DNA from: Bacillota bacterium
GTDB lineage: Bacteria > Bacillota > SHA-98 > UBA4971
NCBI GenBank assembly: GCA_014360195.1
Contig: JACIXY010000002.1
Coordinates: 5,986-69,985 of the forward strand
Reading direction: 5' to 3'
DNA: 64,000 nt
Shown here: positions 1-10,546 of the stretch, piece after piece
Position numbering within the stretch: position 1 is the stretch's first letter
How the letters are laid out: every line of letters starts with the position of its first letter
Program-made: the position numbers and the translations under genes
The notes under the pieces: model-generated
Databases searched by the model: none
What the model was told of the DNA's origin: nothing
The model's input: the letters and a program-made list of their open reading frames with translations, nothing else

Positions 1-77
1 CCGGCGTATGTGACGAGCTGCCCCATCAGGAGCACGCCCTGCCCACCGAACCCTGCGAAGATGACCTCCTCGTGCAT
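1..77 (-). CDS. 2-oxoacid:ferredoxin oxidoreductase gamma subunit, N-terminus (runs off window)
   Basis: Manual translation MHEEVIFAGFGGQGVLLMGQLVTYA contains the gamma-subunit GxGGQG motif; follows the beta subunit. Confidence 0.9.
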   Translation of the reverse strand, partial: MHEEVIFAGFGGQGVLLMGQLVTYA

Positions 78-79
78 GG

Positions 80-826
80 CTAGCCCACCTCCGGAACCCT
101 GGTGTATTCCCCAAGCGGGTAGTACACGGCCATCTTGTCGTCCACCCACTTGAGGGCCTCAACGGGGGTCATCCCCCAGTTCGTGGGGCACGTGGACAGG
201 AACTCCACCAGGCTGAAGCCCCTTCCCTCGAGCTGCGTCTCGAACGCCTTCTTCACAGCGCGCCTGGCTTTGGCAACGTTGGCGGGACTCGTCACGGACA
301 CCCGGGCGATGTACGCAGCCCCTGAGAGCGACGATAAAAGCTCGCAGATCCTTATGGGATGGCCGGCCACCTCAGGATCCCGTCCCCTCGGAGATGTGGT
401 GGTCTTCTGACCGGGGAGGGTCGTGGGAGCCATTTGACCGCCGGTCATGCCGTATATGGCGTTGTTCACGAAGATGACCGTGATCTTCTCGCCCCTCGAT
501 GCCGCATGCACTATCTCGCCGGCTCCAATGGAGGCGAGATCGCCGTCCCCCTGGTAGGTGAAGACGACGGAATTCGGCGATGCACGCTTGATCCCAGTCG
601 CCACCGCCGGCGCCCTCCCATGGGAAGCTTCAACGAAGTCGCAATTGAAGTAGTCGTAGGCCAGTACCGCGCAGCCCACCGGTGAGATGCCCACGGTGCG
701 TTCCCGCACGCCCAGCTCGTCGATGACCTCGGCGATGAGGCGGTGAATGATGCCGTGGGTGCACCCCGGGCAGTAATGAGTCGGCACGTCCGCCAGCGCC
801 TCGGGCCGCCCAAACACCTTCTGCAT
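80..826 (-). CDS. 2-oxoacid (likely branched-chain):ferredoxin oxidoreductase beta subunit, TPP-binding
   Basis: [12 protein letters not shown]...NN TPP motif, YGMTGGQ, CPTNW. Confidence 0.93.
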   Translation of the reverse strand: MQKVFGRPEALADVPTHYCPGCTHGIIHRLIAEVIDELGVRERTVGISPVGCAVLAYDYFNCDFVEASHGRAPAVATGIKRASPNSVVFTYQGDGDLASIGAGEIVHAASRGEKITVIFVNNAIYGMTGGQMAPTTLPGQKTTTSPRGRDPEVAGHPIRICELLSSLSGAAYIARVSVTSPANVAKARRAVKKAFETQLEGRGFSLVEFLSTCPTNWGMTPVEALKWVDDKMAVYYPLGEYTRVPEVG

Positions 827-829
827 TCC

Positions 830-1894
830 TCACGCCCCCCTTTCCACGATCTTCACGATCTCGTCCAGTATCTCCCTGGGCGAGGGGCTCATGCCTCCGG
901 TCCTCCCGTAGAAGTGCACAGGCTTCGTCTCGCCGAGGGCCAGCCTCACATCTTCCACCATCTGGCCGAGGCTCATCTCCACTACCAGTACGTGAGCTGC
1001 ACCTGCCGCTGCGGCAGCAAGCGCCTCGTACGGGAACGGCCACAGGCTTATCGGCCTGAAAAGCCCGACCCGCAGGCCCCGCTCCCTGGCCCTGTCCAGC
1101 GCGGCGCGGGCGATACGAGCCGTGGTGCCGTAAGCCACCAGCACCACGTCAGCGTCCTCTGTCATGTGCGTGGCATAACGCACCTGCTCTGCGGCCATGC
1201 GATTGTACTTCTCCGCCAGGCGGAGGTTATGCTTCTCCAGCTTCGCCGGGTCAAGGTAGAGAGATGTTATGATGTTCTTCGGACGCCCCGCCGCGCCGGT
1301 GGTGGCCCAGGTTTTCGGCGGAAGATCCGCCCTCGGCGGCCGCTTCCGCATCTCCACAGGCTCCATCATCTGGCCGAGGATCGCGTCGCCGAGGATCATG
1401 ACGGGGTTGCGATACATGTCGGCAAGGTCGAACGCCTCCATGGTGAGGTCCACAAGCTCCTGCACCGTGGACGGGCCGAGCACCAGGAGGTGATAGTCGC
1501 CATGGCCGCCCCCCTTCGTCGCCTGGAAATAGTCGGATTGCGCTCCCTGTATGCCCCCGAGGCCCGGGCCGCCGCGCACGATATTCACGACCACGCACGG
1601 AAGCTCGGCACCGGCCATGTACGAGATGGCCTCCTGCATGAGGCTTATCCCCGGGCTCGATGAGGTGGTCATGACCCGCGCCCCGGCGCACGCGGCGCCG
1701 TACACCATGTTGCTTCCGGCGACCTCGCTCTCGGCCTGCAGGAACACCCCTCCCACCTCTGGCATACGCCTTGACATGTACTCGGGAATCTCGTTCTGGG
1801 GGGTTATCGGGTACCCGAAAAAGCACCTGCATCCAGCCATTATAGCCGCCTCGGCCACCGCCTCGTTCCCCTTCATCAGGACCTTCTCAGCCAT
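830..1894 (-). CDS. vorB: 3-methyl-2-oxobutanoate:ferredoxin oxidoreductase alpha-type subunit (VorB family)
   Basis: GNEA, YPITPQ, QAESE, TSSSPG, RGGPGLG motifs; in operon with LeuDH, ptb and buk. Confidence 0.9.
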   Translation of the reverse strand: MAEKVLMKGNEAVAEAAIMAGCRCFFGYPITPQNEIPEYMSRRMPEVGGVFLQAESEVAGSNMVYGAACAGARVMTTSSSPGISLMQEAISYMAGAELPCVVVNIVRGGPGLGGIQGAQSDYFQATKGGGHGDYHLLVLGPSTVQELVDLTMEAFDLADMYRNPVMILGDAILGQMMEPVEMRKRPPRADLPPKTWATTGAAGRPKNIITSLYLDPAKLEKHNLRLAEKYNRMAAEQVRYATHMTEDADVVLVAYGTTARIARAALDRARERGLRVGLFRPISLWPFPYEALAAAAAGAAHVLVVEMSLGQMVEDVRLALGETKPVHFYGRTGGMSPSPREILDEIVKIVERGA

Positions 1895-1909
1895 GCGCGC
1901 CCTCCCTCC

Positions 1910-2113
1910 CTATCTGTAAACTTCGATGGCCACTTCGGGGCACATCCGGGCGCAAGCGGTACAGGAGTTGCACCGCTCCTCGTCTATTATGGTGGCCGGA
2001 TGAAACCCCTTGCTGTTGAAGTGCTCAGCCATGGTCAGGATCTTCCTCGGACAGAAGGTCACGCACAGCTCGCACCCCTTGCACCGCTCCTCGTTGAACA
2101 CGACCTTCGGCAT
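1910..2113 (-). CDS. 2[4Fe-4S] ferredoxin (oxidoreductase delta subunit)
   Basis: Two CxxCxxCxxxCP motifs. Confidence 0.93.
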   Translation of the reverse strand: MPKVVFNEERCKGCELCVTFCPRKILTMAEHFNSKGFHPATIIDEERCNSCTACARMCPEVAIEVYR

Positions 2114-2125
2114 CTCGCAAACCTC

Positions 2126-3244
2126 CTACCTGTACGCCTTGGCCTCCTCCTCGCCCCGCAGGACCCGGAGGCAGGCCTCGGCAAGCGCCTGCATCTCATT
2201 CTCGCCCGGGTACACCATCACCGGTGCTACAAAGCTCACCCTGTCCCGTATCCACTCCACCAGGCGGCGCGAGTGCGCAAGGCCCCCCGTGAGGATTATA
2301 GCATCGATGTCCCCCGAAAGCACTGCCGCATATGCCCCTATCTCCTTCGCCACCTGGTAGGCCATGGCCTCGTAGATCAGTCTCGCATGTTCGTCGCCTG
2401 CATCAATGCGCCTCTCGATCTCGACCGCGTCGCTCGTCCCGAGGTGTGCCACTAGCCCCCCACCGCCGACCAGTTTTCTCATCATGTCGTCCTCACTGTA
2501 TTTACCCGAGAAACACAGGCCCACCACGCCGAGGGCGGGAAGCGCTCCCGCCCTCTCGGGGGTGAAGGGACCCTCTCCGTCGAGCCCGTTGCTCACATCG
2601 ACGACCCGCCCCTTGAGATGGGCGCCGACGGTAATCCCGCCACCTAAATGCGCGACGACGAGGTTTACATCCTCGTACCGCATACCGATGTCCCTCGCCG
2701 CCCGCCTCGCAACGGCCTTCTGATTGAGGGCGTGGAAAACGCTTCGTCGCGGGATCTCCGGAAGCCCCGAAAGCCTCGCCACCTCCCACATCTCATCGAC
2801 CACGACCGGGTCAGCGATGTATGCTCGCACACCCGCTCGAGCCGCGATCTCCCGCGCCAGAGGCGCGCCGAGGTTCGAGGCATGGGGCACCGAACCGTTA
2901 CCGATGAGGTCGTGCACCATCTCGTCATTTACCTCGTATACCCCGCCCTCGACGGGCTTGAGGAGGCCCCCGCGCCCGACGACCGCGTCAAATCCGCTTA
3001 CGGTCTCCCCATGTCTCTCAAGAGCCTCAAGGATCGCATCGAGCCTCAACCGATACTGCTCAAGAACACCGCCGAGCCTCGCCAGCTCTCCGCTGCCATG
3101 GGATATGGTCTCCTGGAACACTACATCATCGTCAAGGTACACGGCGATCTTTGTCGAGGTGGACCCGGGGTTGATCACGAGGATCCGGAAGCCGTTGCGC
3201 CGATCAAGCCCGGGCTCAGGCGTAATGCTTTCGGTGCAAGTCAT
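2126..3244 (-). CDS. buk: Butyrate/branched-chain carboxylic acid kinase
   Basis: INPGSTSTK, GRGGLL, HASNLG, HALNQKA, HLGGG, YPGENEM. Confidence 0.95.
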   Translation of the reverse strand: MTCTESITPEPGLDRRNGFRILVINPGSTSTKIAVYLDDDVVFQETISHGSGELARLGGVLEQYRLRLDAILEALERHGETVSGFDAVVGRGGLLKPVEGGVYEVNDEMVHDLIGNGSVPHASNLGAPLAREIAARAGVRAYIADPVVVDEMWEVARLSGLPEIPRRSVFHALNQKAVARRAARDIGMRYEDVNLVVAHLGGGITVGAHLKGRVVDVSNGLDGEGPFTPERAGALPALGVVGLCFSGKYSEDDMMRKLVGGGGLVAHLGTSDAVEIERRIDAGDEHARLIYEAMAYQVAKEIGAYAAVLSGDIDAIILTGGLAHSRRLVEWIRDRVSFVAPVMVYPGENEMQALAEACLRVLRGEEEAKAYR

Positions 3245-3401
3245 CAGCTACGTCCCCTCTTCGTTCCGTGTTTGCCGCGTAGGGCTTCTGTGCACCAGGG
3301 AGCGCACGTAGCCTTCCGCCGAACCTCCCCGGAACTCCAAAGCCCGCGGGTCCTGCGGGAGGCGGCCTCGCGCTCCCCGGCCCTGCCTCACCCTGGCCGC
3401 C

Positions 3402-4472
3402 TTACGCCGGCACGTAGACCTTGTGAATCCTCCCCAGCTTCGCTATCCTCTCCTCGGCGAGCCGGGCCGCTGCCCTGTAGGTCGGAATCTTCTCCCGTTT
3501 CGCTATCCCGATGACCTTGAGTACGTTCTCGTAGATGCCCGCGGCCTTGCGAAGGGCCCTCTCCCTGTTGTAACCGTAGAATTCGTCAGCAACGTTTATG
3601 ACTCCTCCCGCGTTGATGATGTAATCGGGAGCGTAGAGTATTCCCATGTCTTCCAAGGCGTCGCCGTGCCGCTCCTCCTTCAGCTGGTTGTTCGCGGCAC
3701 CCGCCACGATCTTGCATTTCAGCTTCGGAAGGGTCTCATCGTTTATGACCGCACCCAGGGCACAGGGGCAGAACACGTCGCACTCGACGTCGAACACTTT
3801 GTCCGGAGCCACCGGCTTCGCCCCGAAATCGTCGGCCGCCTTCTTGACCCGGTCCTCATAGATGTCTGTGACATACACCTTCGCGCCTTCTTCGGTAAGG
3901 TATCTCACCACATTGTAGCCCACGTGGCCCGCACCCTGGACGACGACGGTTCTGTCTTTAAGGGAGTCGCTCCCGAAGACCTCCAGTGCACACGCCTTCA
4001 TGCCACGCACGACCCCGAACGCGGTCACAGGAGACGGGTCGCCGCTGGAGCCATCCGCCGCAGAGAGGCCCAGCACATGGTCAGTCTCGGTGTGGACGAT
4101 CTCCATGTCCTCCACGCTGACCCCGACATCCTCAGCTGTAAGATACCGGCCGCCAAGGGTTTCCACGAACCTTCCGAACGCACGGAAGAGCGCCTCAGAC
4201 TTGTCCTTGCGCGGGTCGCCTATGATGACGGACTTACCTCCGCCGAAATCGAGGCCGGCGGCGGCATTCTTGTACGTCATTCCCCGGGCGAGCCGCAGGG
4301 CATCGACTATGGCCTCCTCCTCAGACGCATAAGGCCACATCCTGCATCCACCGAGGGCAGGGCCGAGCGTCGTGTCGTGGATGGCTATGATGGCCCGCAG
4401 CCCCGACGCCTCGTCGTTTGCAAAAACCACCTGCTCGAACCCGTAGCGCCCCATCTCTTCAAAGAGCTTCAC
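3402..4472 (-). CDS. Leucine/valine (Glu/Leu/Phe/Val family) dehydrogenase
   Basis: [44 protein letters not shown]. Confidence 0.95.
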   Translation of the reverse strand: MKLFEEMGRYGFEQVVFANDEASGLRAIIAIHDTTLGPALGGCRMWPYASEEEAIVDALRLARGMTYKNAAAGLDFGGGKSVIIGDPRKDKSEALFRAFGRFVETLGGRYLTAEDVGVSVEDMEIVHTETDHVLGLSAADGSSGDPSPVTAFGVVRGMKACALEVFGSDSLKDRTVVVQGAGHVGYNVVRYLTEEGAKVYVTDIYEDRVKKAADDFGAKPVAPDKVFDVECDVFCPCALGAVINDETLPKLKCKIVAGAANNQLKEERHGDALEDMGILYAPDYIINAGGVINVADEFYGYNRERALRKAAGIYENVLKVIGIAKREKIPTYRAAARLAEERIAKLGRIHKVYVPA

Positions 4473-4516
4473 TTTCGGACCTCCTCCTTTGCCATGCCCA
4501 TATTCCTCCTAGGCCC

Positions 4517-4640
4517 TCACCTGGATAGCGCAGCACATTCTCAGCCTTGTGCTTCGGTTCCGGCGTTGAGGCTGGTCAACCGTGAGGCTTGCGTCCAGGT
4601 CTTACCGCAAGCCCCGGACTTCAAGTCCGTAGCGGTTCAC
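4517..4640 (-). mobile_element. Truncated HEARO/omegaRNA-like (IS200/IS605 IscB-type) 5' scaffold with no associated ORF
   Basis: Minus strand reads GTGAAC-CGCTA-CGGACTTGAAGTCCG-GGGCTTGCG...CGCAAGCC-TCAC-GGTTGACCAGCCT, resembling from memory the GTCAAC..CTGAAG..GGCTTG..AAGCC..GTTGACCAG start of IscB omegaRNAs. Confidence 0.6.
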
Positions 4641-5536
4641 CTGGACAGAAGCACCCCGAGAGCAAGGGAATACACCTTCGCCATGTGCGAGTCGGACCTC
4701 GACGTAATCACAACAGGCGCCTTCGCACCCACCACCACGCTGGCGGCGCATCCACCTGCCAGGTAAACCAGGGTCTTATAGAACACGTTCCCCGCCTCGA
4801 TGTCAGGTACGATGAGTATATCGGCACGCCCGGCCACAGGGCTTGAGATCCCCTTGCGGCTGGCGGCCGCGGAGGATATGGCGTTATCCAGCGCGAGCGG
4901 CCCGTCCACGATGCCCCCCTTGATCTGGCCGCGCTCCGACATTTTCGCAAGACACGCGGCATCAATGGTGGCAGGCATATCAGGGTTGACGGTCTCGACG
5001 GCCGCGAGGGCCGCAACGCGCGGCTCTGAGATCTCAAGCGCATGTGCCACGTCTATGGCGTTTTGGGTGATCTGCGCCTTCTCGGCCAGGTCAGGAGCGA
5101 TGTTCATCGCCCCATCGCTGAAGATGAGGAGGCGATCGAGCCGTGGCGCCTCGAACACCGACAGGTGCGAAAGCAGCCGCCCCGTGCGAAGGCCGATCTC
5201 CTTGTCGAGCACCGCCCGAAGCACGTCCGCCGTGCTCACAAGGCCCTTCATCAGGAGATCCGCCCTGCCGGAGCTCACCATCGCAACGCCTGTGCGGGCA
5301 GCAGCAGCGGCGTCCCTCTCCTCCACGACGTCGTACCTCGAGAGATCCATGCCAACCTCGGAGGCAGCCTTAGCTATCGCGACAGGGTCGCCAATGAGTA
5401 CGCACTTTGCGATCCCCCGTCGCGCGGCCTCGTCCGCAGCGAGAAGCACCTCAGGGTCGGCAGCGGCCACTACCGCGCATGTCCTCGGACCCGCATCCTG
5501 CGCCGTTTTCACGAGGTCATCCAGGCTTCTCACCAT
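4637..5536 (-). CDS. ptb: Phosphate butyryltransferase / branched-chain phosphotransacylase
   Basis: LMKG, AAVETVNP, GPLALDNA, PDIEAGN, TSRSD; start moved to ATG 5536 after GGAGG RBS. Confidence 0.93.
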   Translation of the reverse strand: MVRSLDDLVKTAQDAGPRTCAVVAAADPEVLLAADEAARRGIAKCVLIGDPVAIAKAASEVGMDLSRYDVVEERDAAAAARTGVAMVSSGRADLLMKGLVSTADVLRAVLDKEIGLRTGRLLSHLSVFEAPRLDRLLIFSDGAMNIAPDLAEKAQITQNAIDVAHALEISEPRVAALAAVETVNPDMPATIDAACLAKMSERGQIKGGIVDGPLALDNAISSAAASRKGISSPVAGRADILIVPDIEAGNVFYKTLVYLAGGCAASVVVGAKAPVVITSRSDSHMAKVYSLALGVLLSR

Positions 5537-5564
5537 TCCGCCTCCCCATCCTCCCCTCGCTCCG

Positions 5565-6635
5565 TCATTCATAGGTTCTCGCCTCTTCCTCTCCCTGAAG
5601 CACTCTGAAGGCCCCCATTGCGAGGGCCTCCATCTCCTCCTCACCCGGGTAAACCCTGACCTCAGCGATGAACTCGACCCGACTCCGGATCATGTCCACG
5701 AGGCGCGCCGCGTTGGCAAGGCCCCCAGTTATCAGGATGGCCTGCACGTCACCCCCGAGCACACAGGCCATCGCGCCGATCTCCTTGGCCACTTGGTAGG
5801 CCATTGCCTCGTACACCAGTCGGGCGTACTCGTCCCCCTGTGCGATTCGCCTCTCCACCTCGACGGCATCGGACGTCCCCAGGTAAGCCACGAGGCCGCC
5901 GCGGCCGACCAACTTCTTCGTGAGTTCCTCCCTTGTGTACTCGCCGGAGAAGGCGAGGCGCACAAGCCCGGCCGCAGGCACCCCGCCCGCCCGCTCGGGG
6001 CTGAACGGCCCCTGCTCGTTGGCGTTGTTCACGTCGATAATGCGCCCGGCACGGCACGCAGCCACGGATATGCCTCCGCCGAGGTGAGCGACGACGTAGT
6101 TAGCGGAGGCGAGGTCCACCCCCATCTCTTGCGAGGCCCGCCTCATGGCGGCCTTGATGTTCAGCGCGTGGCTCAGGCTGCGCCTGGGCAACTCCGGGAG
6201 GCCCGACACCCTGGCAAGCGGCTCGAACTCGTCACACGACACCGGGTCCACCACGTAGGCCGGCACACCCCACCTGTCCGCGATGGCCCGAGCGATGATG
6301 CCTCCGAGGTTGGAAGCGTGAGGCCCCTGCACCTGGTTGCGCAGGTCCTCGAGCATCCTGTGGTCCACGAGGTAGGTGCCGCCGGCAACAGGGCGCAGGA
6401 GACCGCCGCGGGCCACGACCGCTGCGATACAGGCAGGCTCGATGTGGGCCTCTTCGAGAGCCTTCGTGATTTCTGACAACCTGTATTCGAACTGGTCCAT
6501 GATGCTGGGAAACGATGTAATTGCCTTATGGTCGTGGACAAGCTTTCTTTCAAAGAGCGGGCCGGAGGGAGTGTACAGGGCAATCCTGGTGGCAGTGGAA
6601 CCGGGATTGATGACGAGCACCTGCAACGTTTCCAC
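5565..6635 (-). CDS. buk: Butyrate kinase, second paralog
   Basis: INPGSTAT, RGGLL, HASNLGG, HALNIKA, YPGEEEM. Confidence 0.93.
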   Translation of the reverse strand: METLQVLVINPGSTATRIALYTPSGPLFERKLVHDHKAITSFPSIMDQFEYRLSEITKALEEAHIEPACIAAVVARGGLLRPVAGGTYLVDHRMLEDLRNQVQGPHASNLGGIIARAIADRWGVPAYVVDPVSCDEFEPLARVSGLPELPRRSLSHALNIKAAMRRASQEMGVDLASANYVVAHLGGGISVAACRAGRIIDVNNANEQGPFSPERAGGVPAAGLVRLAFSGEYTREELTKKLVGRGGLVAYLGTSDAVEVERRIAQGDEYARLVYEAMAYQVAKEIGAMACVLGGDVQAILITGGLANAARLVDMIRSRVEFIAEVRVYPGEEEMEALAMGAFRVLQGEEEARTYE

Positions 6636-6749
6636 CTCAGATCGTCTCCCGCTGCAGACCCGGGCAGGCCTGCCAGGTTTTCAGTGTGCCGCCGCGCTGC
6701 CGGTATATGCTCAAGGTTCTTGCGCGCCTCTCTTCCACGTTAAGTGTGT

Positions 6750-6765
6750 AGCAAATGTCGTGCCA
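6750..6765 (-). promoter_or_regulatory. sigma54 (-24/-12) promoter of the buk-ptb-LeuDH-vor operon
   Basis: Minus strand TGGCACGACATTTGCT matches TGGCAC-N5-TTGC; about 115 nt upstream of buk; a sigma54 activator is encoded nearby. Confidence 0.85.
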
Positions 6766-6837
6766 CCCATCCCCTGGAGCCAGCTCCCCGTCAGCGCTGG
6801 TACCCTGGGCACCCCTGCGCCGCGACGCTCACGAGTG

Positions 6838-6884
6838 CGCAATTGTATGCAGTATCCCGGTGGAGATGTGTGCAATATCTTGCA
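6838..6884. promoter_or_regulatory. Tandem upstream activating sequences for a sigma54 activator
   Basis: CGCA-ATTGTA-TGCA (6838-6851) and TGCA-ATATCT-TGCA (6871-6884), about 75-120 bp upstream of the -24 element. Confidence 0.6.
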
Positions 6885-7139
6885 TGCATCACGCACAGTC
6901 CCAGCCATTGGTCCCGGGGCATCGTACCCACCAGCGGCGCTCCCGTTCGTGGCAGCTCCGAGTCCCGGGGCTGGATGGAAATCCCGGCTCCCCCGGCGCA
7001 GCCTCAGGCATCCGCATTTCCGACTTCGCACGAGCGTACCTGGATTCCCCCGCCCCTCCCCGTTTTTGAAGGGATCCGGTCCTACGTGAAGAAAGATTTA
7101 CTTGCCTCACGAGGATTCTGAACCAGGAGGGATGCGCGC

Positions 7140-8303
7140 GTGGACTTCAGCCTTACAGAAGAGCAGGAAGCCATAAGGCAGATGGCCGCCGAGTTCGCCG
7201 ACAAGGAGCTTGCGCCGCACGCCCGCGAGCTCGATGCCAAAGGTGAATACCCGTGGGATAACCTCCGCAAATTAGCACGGTACGGTTACCTCGGGATGAT
7301 GCTTCCCGCGGAGTTCGGCGGCTCGGGAGCGGACGTTCTCTCGCACACGCTCTGCGTTGAGGAAGTCTCCCGGGCGTGCGCCGCAACAGGCGTCATCATG
7401 GAAATCCACAACAGCCTCACATGCGACGGGATCTACCGTTTCGGAACCGACGAGCAAAAGGCTCGCTACCTCCCGGCCCTTGCGCGGGGTGAAAAGATCG
7501 GCGCATTCGCGCTCACCGAGCCCGGAGCCGGGTCCGATCCCTCGGGCATCAGAACCGTAGCGGCGCGCGACGGCAATGATTTCGTCATCAACGGCACCAA
7601 GCACTTTATAACCGGCGCCGGCCAGGCCCACGTGTATCTCCTGTTCGCCATGACCGATCCGTCGAAAGGCACGAAGGGGATCTCCGCCTTCATCGTGGAG
7701 AAGGGGATGCCGGGTCTTTCGTTCGGCCCTCCCGAGGACAAGATGGGGATCAGGGCATCTCACACCGGCGAACTCATCTTTAGCGACTGCCGCATCCCCG
7801 CGGAGAACCTCGTCGGGTCCGAAGGCGAGGGGTACAAGATCGCGCTTACGCTCCTCGACGGCGGACGCATCGGCATCGGTGCTCAGGCCGTCGGAATAGC
7901 GCGGGCGGCCTTCGATGCTGCGCTGAGGTACTCGCAGGAGAGGGTCCAGTTCGGCCAGGCCATCTCGGGCTTCCAGGCCATCCAGTGGATGCTCGCGGAC
8001 ATGGCCACCGAAATCGAGGCTGCCCGCCTCCTGGTATACAGAGCAGCCTACCTGCGCGACAAGGGCGTGCGTTGCACAAAGGAGGTGGCCATGGCAAAAC
8101 TCTTCGCGTCCGAGGTTGCGATGAGAACCACCGTCAAGGCCGTGCAGATCCACGGCGGGTACGGGTACATGCGGGAGTACAACGTTGAGCGGTACATGCG
8201 CGACGCCAAGATCACCGAGATATACGAGGGTACCAGCGAGATCATGAGGCTCCTCATCGCGTCCGCCGTTCTTAAGGAAAGCAAGGGAAGCAAGGAGAGG
8301 TGA
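7140..8303 (+). CDS. Acyl-CoA dehydrogenase (butyryl/short branched-chain)
   Basis: FALTEPGAGSD, NGTKHFIT, QIHGGYGY, EIYEGTSEI. Confidence 0.95.
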   Translation: MDFSLTEEQEAIRQMAAEFADKELAPHARELDAKGEYPWDNLRKLARYGYLGMMLPAEFGGSGADVLSHTLCVEEVSRACAATGVIMEIHNSLTCDGIYRFGTDEQKARYLPALARGEKIGAFALTEPGAGSDPSGIRTVAARDGNDFVINGTKHFITGAGQAHVYLLFAMTDPSKGTKGISAFIVEKGMPGLSFGPPEDKMGIRASHTGELIFSDCRIPAENLVGSEGEGYKIALTLLDGGRIGIGAQAVGIARAAFDAALRYSQERVQFGQAISGFQAIQWMLADMATEIEAARLLVYRAAYLRDKGVRCTKEVAMAKLFASEVAMRTTVKAVQIHGGYGYMREYNVERYMRDAKITEIYEGTSEIMRLLIASAVLKESKGSKER

Positions 8304-8309
8304 GCGATT

Positions 8310-9521
8310 GTGGTCGGTGGGAAAATCGCCCTGCGTTCGTCGGTGCTGGTAAGCGCCGCGAGAACTCCCTTCGGCGGCTTCGGCCGAACCCTGCGTGACA
8401 TGAAGGCGACCCAGCTTGGCGCGATTGCGATCCGCGCAGCGGTAGAGCGGGCCGGCATCAAGCCTGGTGATGTGGACTACCTCCTCATGGGCATGGTGGT
8501 ACAGGCAGGCACGGGACAGATCCCATCGAGGCAGGCGGGGATTGCGGCCGGTCTCCCGGTGACAGTCCCGTCGGACACCATCAACAAAGTGTGCGCCTCG
8601 GGCCTCCGGGCCGTGAACCTGGCTGACATGATGATCCGCGCGGGCGAGGCACAGGTGGTCGTTGCCGGCGGTATGGAAAGCATGAGCCAGGCCCCCTACT
8701 TCATGGACAGGGCCAGATGGGGGGGCTTGCGCCTCGGTCACGGCACACTCATCGACGGCGTCATCAAGGACGGGCTCTGGTGCCCGTTCGGCGACGTGCA
8801 CATGGGCGCACTTGGCGATGCCGCCGCGAAGAAGCACGGAATCTCCCGGGAGGAGCAGGACAGGTGGGCGCTGCGCAGCCACCAGCGTGCACTCGCCGCG
8901 ATCCGCGAAGGCCGCCTGCGTGAGGAGATCGTCCCGGTGGAGATCCCCCAAAAGGACGGGCCACCTCTCATCTTCGACACCGACGAGGCGCCACGACCCG
9001 ATACGTCCCTCGAGAAGCTCGCGCGGCTTCGCCCGGCTTTCACCCCGGACGGCACCATCACCGCGGGTAACGCGCCGGGCCTCAACGACGGTGCCGGAGC
9101 GCTCGTGGTCATGGAGGAAGCGAAGGCCCGCGCCCTCGGCATAAAGTCGCTCGCCCGGATCGTGTCCCACGGCGTGGCGTCAGTAGAGCCTGCAGACATG
9201 CCGGAGGTGCCGGCGCTCGCCGCGAAAGTGGCCCTCGATAAAGCAGGTCTCTCCATAAACGACATCGGGCTCATCGAGGTAAACGAGGCGTTCGCAGCGG
9301 TGGCCCTCATCAGCATGAAGCTGGGTGGCTGGGACGAAGAGAAAATCAACGTGAACGGCGGAGCCGTCGCCCTCGGCCATCCCATCGGGGCAAGCGGCGC
9401 GAGGATACTCATGACGCTGGTCTTCGAGATGCGAAGGCGCGGCGTCAAGTTCGGGCTTGCGACGATATGCAGCGGCGCGGCCCAGGGCGAGGCGACCATC
9501 GTGGAGCTGTGTGAAGGCTAA
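8310..9521 (+). CDS. thl: Acetyl-CoA C-acetyltransferase (thiolase)
   Basis: NKVCASG, NEAFA, GHPIGASG, C-terminal catalytic Cys (ICSGAAQG); exact start uncertain. Confidence 0.93.
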   Translation: MVGGKIALRSSVLVSAARTPFGGFGRTLRDMKATQLGAIAIRAAVERAGIKPGDVDYLLMGMVVQAGTGQIPSRQAGIAAGLPVTVPSDTINKVCASGLRAVNLADMMIRAGEAQVVVAGGMESMSQAPYFMDRARWGGLRLGHGTLIDGVIKDGLWCPFGDVHMGALGDAAAKKHGISREEQDRWALRSHQRALAAIREGRLREEIVPVEIPQKDGPPLIFDTDEAPRPDTSLEKLARLRPAFTPDGTITAGNAPGLNDGAGALVVMEEAKARALGIKSLARIVSHGVASVEPADMPEVPALAAKVALDKAGLSINDIGLIEVNEAFAAVALISMKLGGWDEEKINVNGGAVALGHPIGASGARILMTLVFEMRRRGVKFGLATICSGAAQGEATIVELCEG

Positions 9522-9564
9522 CACCTACTGTGAAGCAGATTGGGATTGGAAAGGAGGCTTGTCT

Positions 9565-10413
9565 ATGGACGTTTCCAGGCTCGCAGTTATCGGCGCAGGG
9601 CAGATGGGGTCCGGGATAGCGCAGGTGGCGGCGACGGCCGGGCTTTCCGTGACGCTGCTGGATGTCTCGGAGGACCTTGCGAGGAAGGGCCTAGCCGCCG
9701 TGGAAAAGGGGCTCTCCCGCGCCATCGAGAAAGGCAAGCTGGACCCCGCGGAGAAGGATGCAGTGCTCGCGAGGATCCGCATCGGGGCAGATCTTTCCCT
9801 GGTATCCGACGCAGATATGGCAATAGAGGCCGTGGTTGAGAACGTTGACGTCAAGAAGGACGTGTTCCGGAAGCTGGATGCTGTCCTCGCCCCGAACGCT
9901 ATCATCGCGTCTAACACGTCGTCCATCTCCATCACGCGGCTCGCGGCAGCCACGGGGCGGCCTGGAAAGGTCATCGGCATGCATTTCATGAACCCCGTCC
10001 CTGCCATGAAGCTGGTGGAGATCATATCCGGCCAGGCCACCTCAGATGAGACGCGCGAGGTCACCTGGGCGCTTGCCGAGAAGATGGGCAAGACCCCGGT
10101 GGCGGTCTCCGACTACCCCGGGTTCGTCTCAAATAGGCTGCTCATGCCCATGATCAACGAGGCAGCCTATTGCCTCATGGAGGGGGTTGCCTCACGCGAA
10201 GACATCGACACCGTGATGAGGCTGGGCATGAACCACCCCATGGGCCCGCTGGCCCTTGCCGACCTCATCGGGCTGGATACCTGCCTCTACATCATGGAGG
10301 TCCTCTACGAGGGCTTCAAGGACTCGAAGTACAGGCCATGCCCGCTGCTCCGCCGGATGGTGGACGCCGGCTACCTGGGCAGGAAGGTCGGAAAAGGGTT
10401 CTATACGTACTAA
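9565..10413 (+). CDS. hbd: 3-hydroxybutyryl-CoA dehydrogenase
   Basis: GAGQMG, SNTSS, GMHFMNP, HPMGP; ATG 9565 follows AGGAGG. Confidence 0.95.
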   Translation: MDVSRLAVIGAGQMGSGIAQVAATAGLSVTLLDVSEDLARKGLAAVEKGLSRAIEKGKLDPAEKDAVLARIRIGADLSLVSDADMAIEAVVENVDVKKDVFRKLDAVLAPNAIIASNTSSISITRLAAATGRPGKVIGMHFMNPVPAMKLVEIISGQATSDETREVTWALAEKMGKTPVAVSDYPGFVSNRLLMPMINEAAYCLMEGVASREDIDTVMRLGMNHPMGPLALADLIGLDTCLYIMEVLYEGFKDSKYRPCPLLRRMVDAGYLGRKVGKGFYTY

Positions 10414-10414
10414 A

Positions 10415-10546
10415 TAAGTGAGAATGCGAAAATGCCCCCGACTTTTAGGGGTTGCCGGTGATTGCACGAGGGGTGTCAAAATCCGGCCACCGGCCCGACG
10501 GGCTGGGACTTTTGGGAGGGGTTGCCGGTGACTCAAAGAGAGAGTG
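10415..10546 (+). repeat. Modular palindromic MITE-like repeat, copy 1 (chimeric, right end missing)
   Basis: TAAGTGAGAATGCGAAAATGC end; GGGGTTGCCGGTGA twice (10448, 10518); internal segments shared with both long and short copies. Confidence 0.8.

Noticed and set aside
4517..4645. 9-bp direct repeat TCACCTGGA (4517-4525 and 4637-4645) as a target-site duplication
   Set aside because: IS200/605 elements do not make TSDs and the distal copy resembles normal scaffold sequence; may be chance or a deletion microhomology
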